DNA from: Alphaproteobacteria bacterium
GTDB lineage: Bacteria > Pseudomonadota > Alphaproteobacteria > JANQMY01
Assembly (NCBI GenBank): GCA_028289425.1
Contig: JANQPL010000014.1
Location: forward strand, 122,170-186,169
Length of the DNA: 64,000 nt
Direction of reading: 5' to 3'
Below the pieces are notes generated by a model, which saw only the letters and a list, made by a program, of their open reading frames with translations, had not been told where the DNA came from and made no database searches. Position 1 is the first letter of the stretch; each line of letters opens with the position of its first letter. This document shows positions 46,107 to 55,614 of this stretch, in pieces. Position numbers and translations under genes: made by a program.

Positions 46107-46734
46107 AGAGCGCGCGCATCATGTCTATGTCTTGCTCGCGGAAGGGGGCAAGACGTTCCGGATGCCACATAATTCCGCGGATCGGATAGCCCTCGACTGT
46201 AATTGCCTTGACGATGCCATCCGATGATCGTCCGTCTACAGATATTCTATCATTCGAGTCCGCGGTCCCGAAATTGTGGTAACTGTTGACGGCAATCGCC
46301 TTGCCGCAAAAATCGACCGTTTGTTTTTTCTGAACATGTCCATCGACGTGCTTAAGCGGAACACCGAAATGGTGTTGAATGATTTGCATGCCTCGGCATA
46401 CGCCTAAGAGCGGCACATGATGTTGGATCGCATGCTCCAACAAGTTGGTTTCAACGGCATCGCGTTCTGGTGCGTCGCCACCGTATGCCACAAGATCATT
46501 GCCGCCCGTGAGTAAGATGCCCGTTGGTTTCAAGTTGCGTATGAACACGTCGACCAGTTGAGGATTGTTCGGCATGGCAATGCCCACATATCCCGCCTGA
46601 GACAAAAACGCTGCCCATTGCTGGTCCAGCGCATCGCGGCGCTCGCCGGTCTTCATATCCGTTACAACGCGTTGGGTAATTAGTACGATTGGCGCCCTGG
46701 TCACGCAATCACATCCACTTTGCGATTGGCGCAA
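46042..46734 (-). CDS. Class I glutamine amidotransferase-like, gamma-glutamyl-GABA hydrolase (PuuD) family.
   Basis: GATase1 nucleophile motif GVCRGMQ and the HH pair. The start is uncertain. Confidence 0.65.
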   Translation of the reverse strand: MRQSQSGCDCVTRAPIVLITQRVVTDMKTGERRDALDQQWAAFLSQAGYVGIAMPNNPQLVDVFIRNLKPTGILLTGGNDLVAYGGDAPERDAVETNLLEHAIQHHVPLLGVCRGMQIIQHHFGVPLKHVDGHVQKKQTVDFCGKAIAVNSYHNFGTADSNDRISVDGRSSDGIVKAITVEGYPIRGIMWHPERLAPFREQDIDMMRALFTPLSVPSALASLPNALQALA

Positions 46735-49085
46735 TCAATGCGCAGCGTCTTAGCGCCCGACCATCTTTCGAAGTTGCTCTCGCCGGCGCCGATCACCGCC
46801 GGAATTTGAAGCTCGCCCGCGCGAATTGCCATGTGAGAATTCACACCGCCATAGGCCGTGATCAGCCCGCCGATCTTGTGGGAAAACAACCAATCAAAAC
46901 CGGGATCCGCATTGGGCAGCATGACAATCGCCCCGTCCAATCCGGCAAAATTGTCCGGCGCGACGGTATTTGCTTGGATCGACCGTTGGGTGATGAAGTT
47001 CGGCTCATCCGCCCCCATTTCCATCTGCCAAACATCGTCGGCACCAGTGATCAGACTTGGCAAGATCAATGCCTTGGTTTTTTCATATTGCGCGCGGCCT
47101 GATTCAATGGCGCGTCCCAACACATCTTTCGGATCATTGACGGTGCCATAAAGCTCATGCACGGCCTGGATGTTGGCAAACGCCAAATCCTCACGCGTAA
47201 ATCCGTGGCGCGCCCCGACCTCGGCAAAAATCTCCATCGCGTCCGATAGATTGCGCGTGAAATGAAACTTCGCCTTTTCGCGGCCTTCAATGCCGGCTTT
47301 CAGGAAATTGAATAATCCAACCACATTGTGGCTGAGATTATGCTCTTTCAGCAAAGCACTGATCTCATTCATCTGTTGAAGCGTCAGCGCAAAGGCCGGA
47401 TGAGAAGCCCTGGCGCCATCTGCCTGTTCGTCCCACCTAAAGTAAGTGTCGGGTGCTGCGTCGTAGCGTGGCGAACAAATGTCGTATGTGCCCGGACGAA
47501 GGTGGCCATATCGATGGAGAAAAGCGCTTTTGGTGAGATTTTGGAAATCCGCAGCGATTTCTCCACTCACTGTCGTAAGGCTGCTCAAGAAGGCTTGGTA
47601 GTCTTCCTCACTCAATGCCCCCGCCGTGACCAAGGATCTAAGCAACTGCATGGCAATAAAGCCGGCGCGGGCAAGCCCCGCAAACGGCAAGGTGCCGTAC
47701 CGCTTGCAATCTTCCAGCAGCCAATAGACCTGGGAGATGGCGTCGTCCTGCTTGGCGCAAATTGTTTCATAACGCCGTTGCAACGTCTCGATCTTGGCAA
47801 GGTCCTTTCGCCACAATCCATCGTCGGCGATGATCCGATTGGTGAGGTGCCTCAGGCTTTCTTCGAGAACCAGACGATCGTTTTCGGAAAATCCGTACGC
47901 TGTTAATTCGCGTAGTCGTTCCGGCAGGTCGAGCGTGTAGCAGGAAAACAGGATCTCGAACTCAACCTTGTCATGAAGCGATGGCCGCTCACAGAGCGCA
48001 TCGATGTAGTAATTGGCCAAACGCTCGGCGAGGTCATCCGGCACGTCATTGGGAATGAAAGAATTGAAACTTACCCGAACGTCAATGAACGGCATGCCGT
48101 AGAAGTCGCACAGAAGCGGAAAGCTGCGCAGGTTCCGATACCCGTAATTGTGCCGCTGATAGGCCCAGATCGAATCCGTCACCAATTCCCGATAGAGCGA
48201 TAAAGCGAGAGGTTTCGGCCGCAATCCAATGATTTCCGCCGGGTTCCAATCGGGCATGACACCGAAGACTGTGCGCCGACCAAAAAGGTAAGGATGCGGT
48301 TTTGCGCGTTCCGCTACGCGACGCGCTACAGCACCAAGCATTATGTTGTGCTGCTGAATATCGACACCGCGCGCGCCGTTCTCGACCAGTGGACGTGCCT
48401 GCAACAAAAACAATGCGCCCTTCCGATCGATGGCAAACTCTATATCCAACCGGTCGTTGCCGGTCAGCCGTTCCACTTCCTTAAGGAGCGCCGCCACCTT
48501 TTCGCCAATCGGATCGTCGACCTGCTCGGCCGAGCGGCTGATGATCAGTGTGCGATGATCGTTCGACGTACCGGAGGTAATGAACTCGGTATCGCCTTCC
48601 TCGCTGAAATTCAGAACTATGTATGGCGCGCCCGTGTTCGGATCGTAGGAAAACGCAACCCCGCTTGCCACCACGTCGCGCAGCATTGGTTGGATGAGAA
48701 CCTGGTGATCGGTGTGATCATCGCCATACGATGCGTATACCTGCTCGACGGCAAGCTCAAGCGCCCGTGGGCCCTCCACATTGAGCACACTTAGATATTC
48801 ACCTGCGTGTGATGCGTCTGCGCCGTCTTCCCCGAGGGCGCTGCTGCGCACAATCATTGGGGCTGCCGCCCATTCATTCCTGAAAATGCGGTTCACCATC
48901 TGGCGCCGGTTGTCGCGCCAGGCGCCGAGCGTCACGACTTCAGCCGGCAGAATCGTCGCGGAACGGATCTGCGCCGAAAGCCCGTGCAGTGTGTCGGCTT
49001 TACTTCCAAAGCGAAAAGCCTCGGGGCGCTGTCGTTCAAGGTCGAGCGCGTACCGATTCGAAGCCGACGACATTGCATTTTTCAT
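46701..49085 (-). CDS. PEP-utilising enzyme with rifampin-phosphotransferase-like architecture: N-terminal PPDK_N ATP-grasp domain, a central domain, and a C-terminal His swivel domain, with no PEP/pyruvate TIM barrel.
   Basis: N-terminal PEP-synthase ATP-grasp signature (FGSKADTL...SSALGEDG). C-terminal mobile-domain catalytic His in GGVNSHMAIRAGELQIPAV. 794 aa. Confidence 0.7.
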   Translation of the reverse strand: MKNAMSSASNRYALDLERQRPEAFRFGSKADTLHGLSAQIRSATILPAEVVTLGAWRDNRRQMVNRIFRNEWAAAPMIVRSSALGEDGADASHAGEYLSVLNVEGPRALELAVEQVYASYGDDHTDHQVLIQPMLRDVVASGVAFSYDPNTGAPYIVLNFSEEGDTEFITSGTSNDHRTLIISRSAEQVDDPIGEKVAALLKEVERLTGNDRLDIEFAIDRKGALFLLQARPLVENGARGVDIQQHNIMLGAVARRVAERAKPHPYLFGRRTVFGVMPDWNPAEIIGLRPKPLALSLYRELVTDSIWAYQRHNYGYRNLRSFPLLCDFYGMPFIDVRVSFNSFIPNDVPDDLAERLANYYIDALCERPSLHDKVEFEILFSCYTLDLPERLRELTAYGFSENDRLVLEESLRHLTNRIIADDGLWRKDLAKIETLQRRYETICAKQDDAISQVYWLLEDCKRYGTLPFAGLARAGFIAMQLLRSLVTAGALSEEDYQAFLSSLTTVSGEIAADFQNLTKSAFLHRYGHLRPGTYDICSPRYDAAPDTYFRWDEQADGARASHPAFALTLQQMNEISALLKEHNLSHNVVGLFNFLKAGIEGREKAKFHFTRNLSDAMEIFAEVGARHGFTREDLAFANIQAVHELYGTVNDPKDVLGRAIESGRAQYEKTKALILPSLITGADDVWQMEMGADEPNFITQRSIQANTVAPDNFAGLDGAIVMLPNADPGFDWLFSHKIGGLITAYGGVNSHMAIRAGELQIPAVIGAGESNFERWSGAKTLRIDCANRKVDVIA

Positions 49086-49098
49086 TGTCGTAAAGCCG

Positions 49099-49854
49099 TC
49101 ACGCGGCGCGTTTTGCCGCCCAAACGCGGGTTGTATAAGGCACCTGTATGCTCGGAGCTTTCAATGCCCGCAGTTGGTTTTCGATTTTGTCAATGATGGC
49201 GCCAAAGCCATCGCCTGCCTGCCGATGCAGCGTTGCATGCGAACGCCACGCTTCCACAACATCGTCGACCTGCTGCTCGTGCAAGATCGTGCCTTCGATC
49301 TTCTCTACGGGGCCGAACAAACCACTCTTGTTGATTTCGTCAGTCTGGTCTTCACGACGCGTGCCGTATCCATATTCGGGGATTGCATCAGAAATGATGC
49401 CTTCGATTTCCGCCTGGATCGGATCGGAAAGATCCCGATGGTTCCACATGGCCGCAAACCAACCACCTGGCTTTAGAATGCGGGCCGTTTCCGTGAGAGA
49501 TGCTTGACGATCTGTGACGTTAAAGGACGAACCGAAGGTGACAATATCGAACATGCTGTCGTCCTGACCGGTATCTTCCGCCGTGTTTTCGATGTACGCG
49601 ACCACGTTCGGCAACTGCTTTGTCCGCTGTTGGCCCAGCGCTCTCATATTGTCGTTTGGCTCGATAGCCGTCACTTCAAGACCACGGTCAGCCAACATTA
49701 ATGTGAGATGCGCTACGCCCGCGCCGATATCACAAGCACGCGCCCCTTGTTTGGCACCGCACGTGACCAGCAATTCGTCAATCGCGCTGTCAGAGTAATC
49801 TGGGCGCTTCAAATAAGCCTGCGCTAAATCCGAATAATCCCAAGCGGTTTTCAT
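49099..49854 (-). CDS. Class I SAM-dependent methyltransferase.
   Basis: Motif I DIGAGVAHLT. The start is set at the ATG at 49854 (MKTAWDYS). The ORF track begins at 49965. Confidence 0.7.
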   Translation of the reverse strand: MKTAWDYSDLAQAYLKRPDYSDSAIDELLVTCGAKQGARACDIGAGVAHLTLMLADRGLEVTAIEPNDNMRALGQQRTKQLPNVVAYIENTAEDTGQDDSMFDIVTFGSSFNVTDRQASLTETARILKPGGWFAAMWNHRDLSDPIQAEIEGIISDAIPEYGYGTRREDQTDEINKSGLFGPVEKIEGTILHEQQVDDVVEAWRSHATLHRQAGDGFGAIIDKIENQLRALKAPSIQVPYTTRVWAAKRAA

Positions 49855-49980
49855 TGTTAACCCCGTGCTCAAAAAGTTTTGGTAACCAAGAACTAGGCGA
49901 AAGCTCTTGAAAATTCGTTTCGATTTTTCGGGAATTCGGAAAGAAAAAATTAACAAACAGATCATGTTGGTGTACGGATC

Positions 49981-50595
49981 ATGGTTAAACGCGCGTTAAT
50001 AGAACAATTCGCCGATGCAGAGCGGATAAGGGACGACTCCCCTCTTCAGAGGTCGGACCAGGGATGTGTTGTTTGGATTACGGGGCTTTCCGGTGCCGGT
50101 AAATCAACGGTCGGGAACATCTTGAAATCACGGCTATTGGCCAAAGGGCGGCGCACAATATTCCTTGACGGCGATGCGCTTCGGGGCGTCTTCGCCATTG
50201 GTGACCGTTTCGATCCCAATGCGCGGCTTGAACTTGCCCGGAGCTATGGGCGCTTGTGCCAATTACTGGCATCTCAAGGGCATACGGTAATTTGTGCCAC
50301 CATCTCCATGCGCAACGTGGTCTATGACTGGAACCGCAAGAACCTGCCGAATTATGTAGAGGTGTTCTTGGACGTGCCGCTGGAAGTACGCCAGGCCCGT
50401 GATCCGAAAGGATATTACGCGGCGGTCCACAACGGCACACTGAACAATTTCGCGGGTCAAGACCAGCGGGTCGATGTACCGCCGTCACCCGACATTCATA
50501 TCGCACCGGAGTCGGCCGCCACGCCCGAAGAGATCTGCGATCAGATCGAAGCGAAGCTGGATAAAAATTTATCCGTAAAGGGACAAGTCGCCTGA
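49981..50595 (+). CDS. cysC: Adenylyl-sulfate (APS) kinase.
   Basis: P-loop ITGLSGAGKST and LDGDALR motifs. 204 aa. It faces the methyltransferase gene across a divergent AT-rich promoter region. Confidence 0.8.
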   Translation: MVKRALIEQFADAERIRDDSPLQRSDQGCVVWITGLSGAGKSTVGNILKSRLLAKGRRTIFLDGDALRGVFAIGDRFDPNARLELARSYGRLCQLLASQGHTVICATISMRNVVYDWNRKNLPNYVEVFLDVPLEVRQARDPKGYYAAVHNGTLNNFAGQDQRVDVPPSPDIHIAPESAATPEEICDQIEAKLDKNLSVKGQVA

Positions 50596-51321
50596 GGCCA
50601 CGCGCCGTTCGTAGTAGGCGAGATCTTCTTCGTTATCGCACTCGCCCCAGCTTCCCTGGACGGGCGACGTCCCGATTTTCACGCCTTCCATAATCAGCCG
50701 CTGCAGAAGGCTCGTCATGTCAAGTTTGTCCCGCACGGCACCGATCAAAGGTTCAATCACGCTTTTGGTTTTCGACCAGCCTTCGGGCGTGAATTTCAAC
50801 AGGCCCATATATTGCCCTTTGATGTCCGCCATCGAATTTGTCTTGCCGCCAATCTCGGTGAGATGACCGTTGTCATCCGTCTGGAATGTTTCTGCATCGC
50901 TCAGTGGATCATCGAATCGGTCTTTCCACAGCGCCGCCCAATGCGGATCGTAGCTGATGGCGATATCGTCCGTACACCGCGATAACCTGATGACCGTCAA
51001 CGGGTCATAGAAGATGTCGCTGTAGCTTACGATGGTCGGTCCCTGCGCTAGCCATTCATCGGCGGCGGACAGGCTTGCCACCATGTTGGTTTCGGACCAA
51101 CGCGGATTGTGGAAACGCGTTTCGCCGAATTCCTCCAGCATATCCGCCTTATAGCCCGTGCACAGCGCAATGTGGCTGACGCCGGCTTCTTCCAGCGATG
51201 CGAGTTGGCGTTCGATCAAAGATCGGCCCGCCAGCTTAATCAGCCCTTTGGGCCGCGCTGCCGTGCTGTTTCCCATGCGGCTGCCACGACCTGCCGCAAG
51301 AATGAGCCCTCTCGCCCCCAT
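50569..51321 (-). CDS. Sugar-phosphate / phospho-base nucleotidyltransferase (LicC / GlmU-N-like).
   Basis: LAAGRGSRMG nucleotide-binding loop. The start is set at the ATG at 51321. The ORF track begins at 51537. Confidence 0.6.
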   Translation of the reverse strand: MGARGLILAAGRGSRMGNSTAARPKGLIKLAGRSLIERQLASLEEAGVSHIALCTGYKADMLEEFGETRFHNPRWSETNMVASLSAADEWLAQGPTIVSYSDIFYDPLTVIRLSRCTDDIAISYDPHWAALWKDRFDDPLSDAETFQTDDNGHLTEIGGKTNSMADIKGQYMGLLKFTPEGWSKTKSVIEPLIGAVRDKLDMTSLLQRLIMEGVKIGTSPVQGSWGECDNEEDLAYYERRVASGDLSLYG

Positions 51322-51481
51322 TTCCCTCAACTCCAGCTGTGAAACCTCGCCAGCAGTATGTGGAAACGAGGGTAAATCGCTGCTTAACCGGGCCAAATAG
51401 TGCAGAAACCCTAACCTATTCGCCCCTCCGCTTGGCTTTCTGCTATAGTTGCCTGCGCTAAAGACCGCCAGGGAGACACAG

Positions 51482-52078
51482 ATGACGTCAGCGACAACGG
51501 ATAAACGGGCAAGTTTCACGGCTATGCAGGACGGCACGCCGGAGGACTACAAGATCATTAGCGAAAGCTCACGACCTTTTAGTCAGGACCTCCCAAATCG
51601 CGTCCTTTCGCATCTTAAGTTGTTGGGCGATGACCACGGTGGCTTCGCAATCGATCGTCTTACCCACTCGCTGCAATCAGCCACGCTTGCGCACCGGGCA
51701 GGAAAAGATGAGGAATATGTGGTCTGCGCATTGCTTCACGACATCGGGGATTCGCTGGCGTGTTATAACCACGCAGAATTGGCGGCCACCATGCTTTATC
51801 CCTTCGTGTCGGAAGCGAACCATTGGATGGTCGAAAAGCACGGCATTTTTCAAGGGTACTATTTCTTCCATCATTTGGGCCTTGATCGGGACATGCGGGA
51901 GGAATATCGCGGGCACCCTCATTTCGAACACTGCGCCCAATTCTGTCACCAATTCGATCAGAACGCCTTCGATCCGGACTACGACACCATGCCGCTCGAG
52001 GCTTTCGAACCGATGGTCCAGCGCGTGATGGCCAAGCCAAAACGCAGTATCTATATGCGGGAAAGCAAAGCGGCATAA
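51482..52078 (+). CDS. HD-domain protein (PhnZ-like HD phosphohydrolase/oxygenase superfamily).
   Basis: H...HD...H...H...D pattern (LAHRAG, LLHDIGD, HWMVEKHG, FHHLGLD). 198 aa. Confidence 0.55.
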   Translation: MTSATTDKRASFTAMQDGTPEDYKIISESSRPFSQDLPNRVLSHLKLLGDDHGGFAIDRLTHSLQSATLAHRAGKDEEYVVCALLHDIGDSLACYNHAELAATMLYPFVSEANHWMVEKHGIFQGYYFFHHLGLDRDMREEYRGHPHFEHCAQFCHQFDQNAFDPDYDTMPLEAFEPMVQRVMAKPKRSIYMRESKAA

Positions 52079-52313
52079 AAGCGGGTCGGGTCGATCGGAT
52101 CGAAACCCTGGCTTGATGCGACACACGCATTGAGTTCTGATCACCGCGAGTTCTGATCACCGCGGCGCTAAGATCGCTTGCCGTATGGGCAAGGCTGGAT
52201 AACCCCGGCATACAACCATCAAAGTTGCGTTGAGGGGTCAAACTCAATATTGATTGTCGCGCGCTGATATGCGCGCCAATGAGCGACGACGCAAAATAGA
52301 GTAGGTCGACAAA

Positions 52314-53504
52314 ATGTCAGAGAATTTGGAAGCCTTTCGCAAGGAAGTTCAAGACTGGCTGGCTGAAAATTGCCCGCCTTCCATGCGGACACCCATGCCC
52401 GAGGACGAAACGGTTTGGGGCGGCCGCAACGCCACCTACAAAAATCGGGAATCCAAACAGTGGCTGGACGCCATGGGCGCCAAGGGATGGACGTGCCCGA
52501 CTTGGCCAAAGGAGTATGGCGGCGGCGGACTTTCGAAGGAAGAAAACAAAATCCTGCAACAGGAATTGCGGCGCATCAACGCCCGTCCGGCGCTTGTCAG
52601 CTTCGGCATCATGATGCTGGGCCCTGTTCTTCTGGAGTATGGCAATGAAGAACAAAAACAGGAGCACATTCCCAAAATTGTCCGTGGTGAGATTCGCTGG
52701 TGCCAAGGCTATAGCGAGCCGGGGGCTGGGTCTGATCTTGCGGGACTGCAAACGCGCGCGATCGAAGACGGTGACGACTACGTCATTAACGGACAGAAAG
52801 TTTGGACGTCCTATGCCAATTACGCGGACTGGATTTTCTGTCTTGTGCGCACGGACACATCCGTGAAGCATGAAGGCATCAGCTTCATACTTTTTGACAT
52901 GACCACCAAAGGTGTCACCACAAAGCCGATCAAGTTGATTAGCGGTTCATCTCCCTTCTGTGAAACTTTTTTTGACGATGTACGCGTCCCGAAGGCCAAT
53001 ATGGTTGGACGCGTGAACGGCGGATGGGAGATTGCGAAACGGTTGCTTCAACACGAGCGGTCCAGCATCTCCGCATCCGGCTTCACCGGTGGGTCTTCCG
53101 TCCCCATGCAAGACGTGGCGAAGGAATACTCGGGCGAAGCCAACGGTCGGATTGCCGATGGATCTCTGCGTGAGTCAATTGCGCAGCATCGGATGAACGC
53201 GCAAGCCTTCCAACTTACGCTCAAGCGGTCGGCGGAAGAGTCCAAAGCCGGTATGGGCCCCGGGGCGGCATCTTCGATATTCAAATCCTACGGCGCCGAA
53301 CTCAACAAAATGAAATATGACTTGTTAATGGAGGCCATGGGCACGCAAGCGCTCGGCTGGGAAGGCGATGGCTTCGACGCCGAAGAGCTCAACGTGACCC
53401 GCAGCTGGCTTCGTTCGAAAGCGAATTCTATTGAAGGCGGCACGACGGAAATCAACCTAAACGTCGTTGCAAAACGCGTTCTGGGTCTCAACGATCATCA
53501 GTAG
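52314..53504 (+). CDS. Acyl-CoA dehydrogenase family protein (pair 2, partner 1).
   Basis: ACAD fold with a C-terminal IEGGTTEI motif. Confidence 0.8.
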   Translation: MSENLEAFRKEVQDWLAENCPPSMRTPMPEDETVWGGRNATYKNRESKQWLDAMGAKGWTCPTWPKEYGGGGLSKEENKILQQELRRINARPALVSFGIMMLGPVLLEYGNEEQKQEHIPKIVRGEIRWCQGYSEPGAGSDLAGLQTRAIEDGDDYVINGQKVWTSYANYADWIFCLVRTDTSVKHEGISFILFDMTTKGVTTKPIKLISGSSPFCETFFDDVRVPKANMVGRVNGGWEIAKRLLQHERSSISASGFTGGSSVPMQDVAKEYSGEANGRIADGSLRESIAQHRMNAQAFQLTLKRSAEESKAGMGPGAASSIFKSYGAELNKMKYDLLMEAMGTQALGWEGDGFDAEELNVTRSWLRSKANSIEGGTTEINLNVVAKRVLGLNDHQ

Positions 53505-53515
53505 GCAGACATAAG

Positions 53516-54655
53516 ATGGGTATGGTTTTGACGGAGGAGCAACAGCTCCTAAAAGATTCTGCGCGGGATTTTATTGAGGCAAAATCGCCGGTCACGGCAT
53601 TCCGCGCCCTGCGGGACAATGATGACCCCAAGGGCTATTCGCCCGACCTCTGGAAGGAAATGGTCGACCTTGGTTGGGCGGGCATTTTGATCCCCGAGGA
53701 GTTTGGCGGTCTCGACTTCGGCATGCAGGGGCTGGGCCTGGTTCTTGAGGAAGCAGGCAAAACGCTTACCGCATCGCCATTGGTGTCCACCGTTCTTACA
53801 TGCGGGTCGGCCTTGATGCTCGGCGGCACACAAGCACAAAAGCAAGAATTCCTGCCTAAGATCGCGGCGGGCGACGTATTGATGTCGCTGGGGCTTGAAG
53901 AAAATGCGCATCACGCACCGACGGCAATCTCGACAAAGGCTGAAAAATCCGGCGATGGATATACGATTTCCGGCAAGAAGACCTTTGTCTTGGACGGCCA
54001 CATCGCCAACCAGCTGATTGTCGTTGCCCGCACCGGCGGAACGGGCGAAGACATCAACGGCATCACATTGTTCCTGGTGCCCACCAACGCCCCCGGAGTT
54101 TCCATCCAACGGACGACCATGGTCGATAGCCGGAACGCGGCGAACATAGAGCTCAACAACGTGTCTGTCGGCGCCGATGCGGTGCTCGGCAGCGTAGACG
54201 GCGGCACCGACCTTCTGGAGCAGGTGCTAGATCGTGCCCGCATCGGGCTTGCCGCCGAAATGCTCGGCAGCGCTCAGCACGTCTTTGATGAAACCTTGGC
54301 TTACATTAAAGAACGAAAGCAATTCGGCGTGGTGATCGGTCAGTTCCAAGCCTTGCAGCACCGTGCCGCGAAGATGTTCACGGAGCTCGAGCTTTGCCGG
54401 TCCGTGGTGATGGAAGCGCTCACGGCCGTTGATGAAAAAGCGAACAATGTCCCGCTGCTCGCAAGCCTTGCCAAAGGCAAGGTATCGGAAGCCTTCCATC
54501 TGATCGCGCGCGAAGGCGTGCAAATGCACGGCGGAGTCGGCATGACAGATGAGTATGATGTGGGATTATATCTAAAACGGTCGGCCGTCGTCGAACAGGC
54601 TTTTGGCGGCCCTCGCTATCACAGCGACCGTTACGCTCAGCTCGAAGGATTTTAG
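53516..54655 (+). CDS. Acyl-CoA dehydrogenase family protein (pair 2, partner 2).
   Basis: ACAD fold with C-terminal GGVGMTDEYD...YLKRS. It starts 11 bp after the previous ACAD. Confidence 0.8.
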   Translation: MGMVLTEEQQLLKDSARDFIEAKSPVTAFRALRDNDDPKGYSPDLWKEMVDLGWAGILIPEEFGGLDFGMQGLGLVLEEAGKTLTASPLVSTVLTCGSALMLGGTQAQKQEFLPKIAAGDVLMSLGLEENAHHAPTAISTKAEKSGDGYTISGKKTFVLDGHIANQLIVVARTGGTGEDINGITLFLVPTNAPGVSIQRTTMVDSRNAANIELNNVSVGADAVLGSVDGGTDLLEQVLDRARIGLAAEMLGSAQHVFDETLAYIKERKQFGVVIGQFQALQHRAAKMFTELELCRSVVMEALTAVDEKANNVPLLASLAKGKVSEAFHLIAREGVQMHGGVGMTDEYDVGLYLKRSAVVEQAFGGPRYHSDRYAQLEGF

Positions 54656-54685
54656 AGCTCAGACAAGAATGTAAGGAGGATACCC

Positions 54686-55528
54686 ATGGCCGAGGCAAAC
54701 TCGTATGAAGCAATTTTGGTCGATCGGCCGCGGGACCACATCCAGCGCGTCACCCTAAACCGGCCAGACAAACGCAATGCGCTCAGCAATATTCTCCGCA
54801 CCGAGATTTTGGATGCTCTGACAAAAGCGGACCAAGACCCGGAGATACATGTGTCCATTTTGCGAGGGGCCGGCAAGTGCTTCTGCGCTGGATACGATCT
54901 GGGTGGGGATAATCGAAAAGATCAGCCCTACTATACGCCTGGGGGGCTCGGCCAATGGCCGCGCCACGTGATCGAGGGCTCGTTCACCATCTGGGATTTG
55001 GCAAAGCCCGTGATCGCTCAGGTGCACGGTTACTGCCTGGCCGGCGGGTCGGAGTTGGCGACCGCCTGTGATCTTGTCTATGTGGCCGAGGATGCCCAAA
55101 TCGGCTACCCCCCGGTGCGCCTGATGAGCCCGCCGGACATGCAATTCCATCCGTGGTTGATGGGCATGCGGGATGCCATGGAACATATGCTGACCGGGGA
55201 TTCCATCAGTGGCATCGAAGCCGCCCGAAGCGGCTTCGCCAATCGGGCGGTGCCGGCGGAACAATTGGAGGAGTTTGTGCTCGACCGGGCCGAGCGGGTA
55301 GCCAAAGTGCCCACGGACATTCAACAGATCAACAAGCGCAGCGTGCATCGCGCTATGGAAATCATGGGGGTTCGCTCGGCCATCCGGTCAGGCACAGAAA
55401 TGCAGGCGCTGGCCTTCCAAACGGAGAGCTTCAAGGAATACATCCAAGAATTCAAAAAAGGCGTAAGCCACGCCCTCAATGTACGCGACAAGAAATTCGG
55501 CGATTACCGCACCAAATCCGATGATTAG
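54686..55528 (+). CDS. Enoyl-CoA hydratase/isomerase (crotonase) family protein.
   Basis: Oxyanion-hole region FCAGYDL and a second GG...E motif. 280 aa. Confidence 0.8.
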   Translation: MAEANSYEAILVDRPRDHIQRVTLNRPDKRNALSNILRTEILDALTKADQDPEIHVSILRGAGKCFCAGYDLGGDNRKDQPYYTPGGLGQWPRHVIEGSFTIWDLAKPVIAQVHGYCLAGGSELATACDLVYVAEDAQIGYPPVRLMSPPDMQFHPWLMGMRDAMEHMLTGDSISGIEAARSGFANRAVPAEQLEEFVLDRAERVAKVPTDIQQINKRSVHRAMEIMGVRSAIRSGTEMQALAFQTESFKEYIQEFKKGVSHALNVRDKKFGDYRTKSDD

Positions 55529-55614
55529 CGCTCGCGCATTCCACTGATCTGCACGGCGCCCTCGCGCGTAAGTGAGATCAATGGGGCGGAAGGAGTGTTA
55601 CAGTCTGTAACCAT

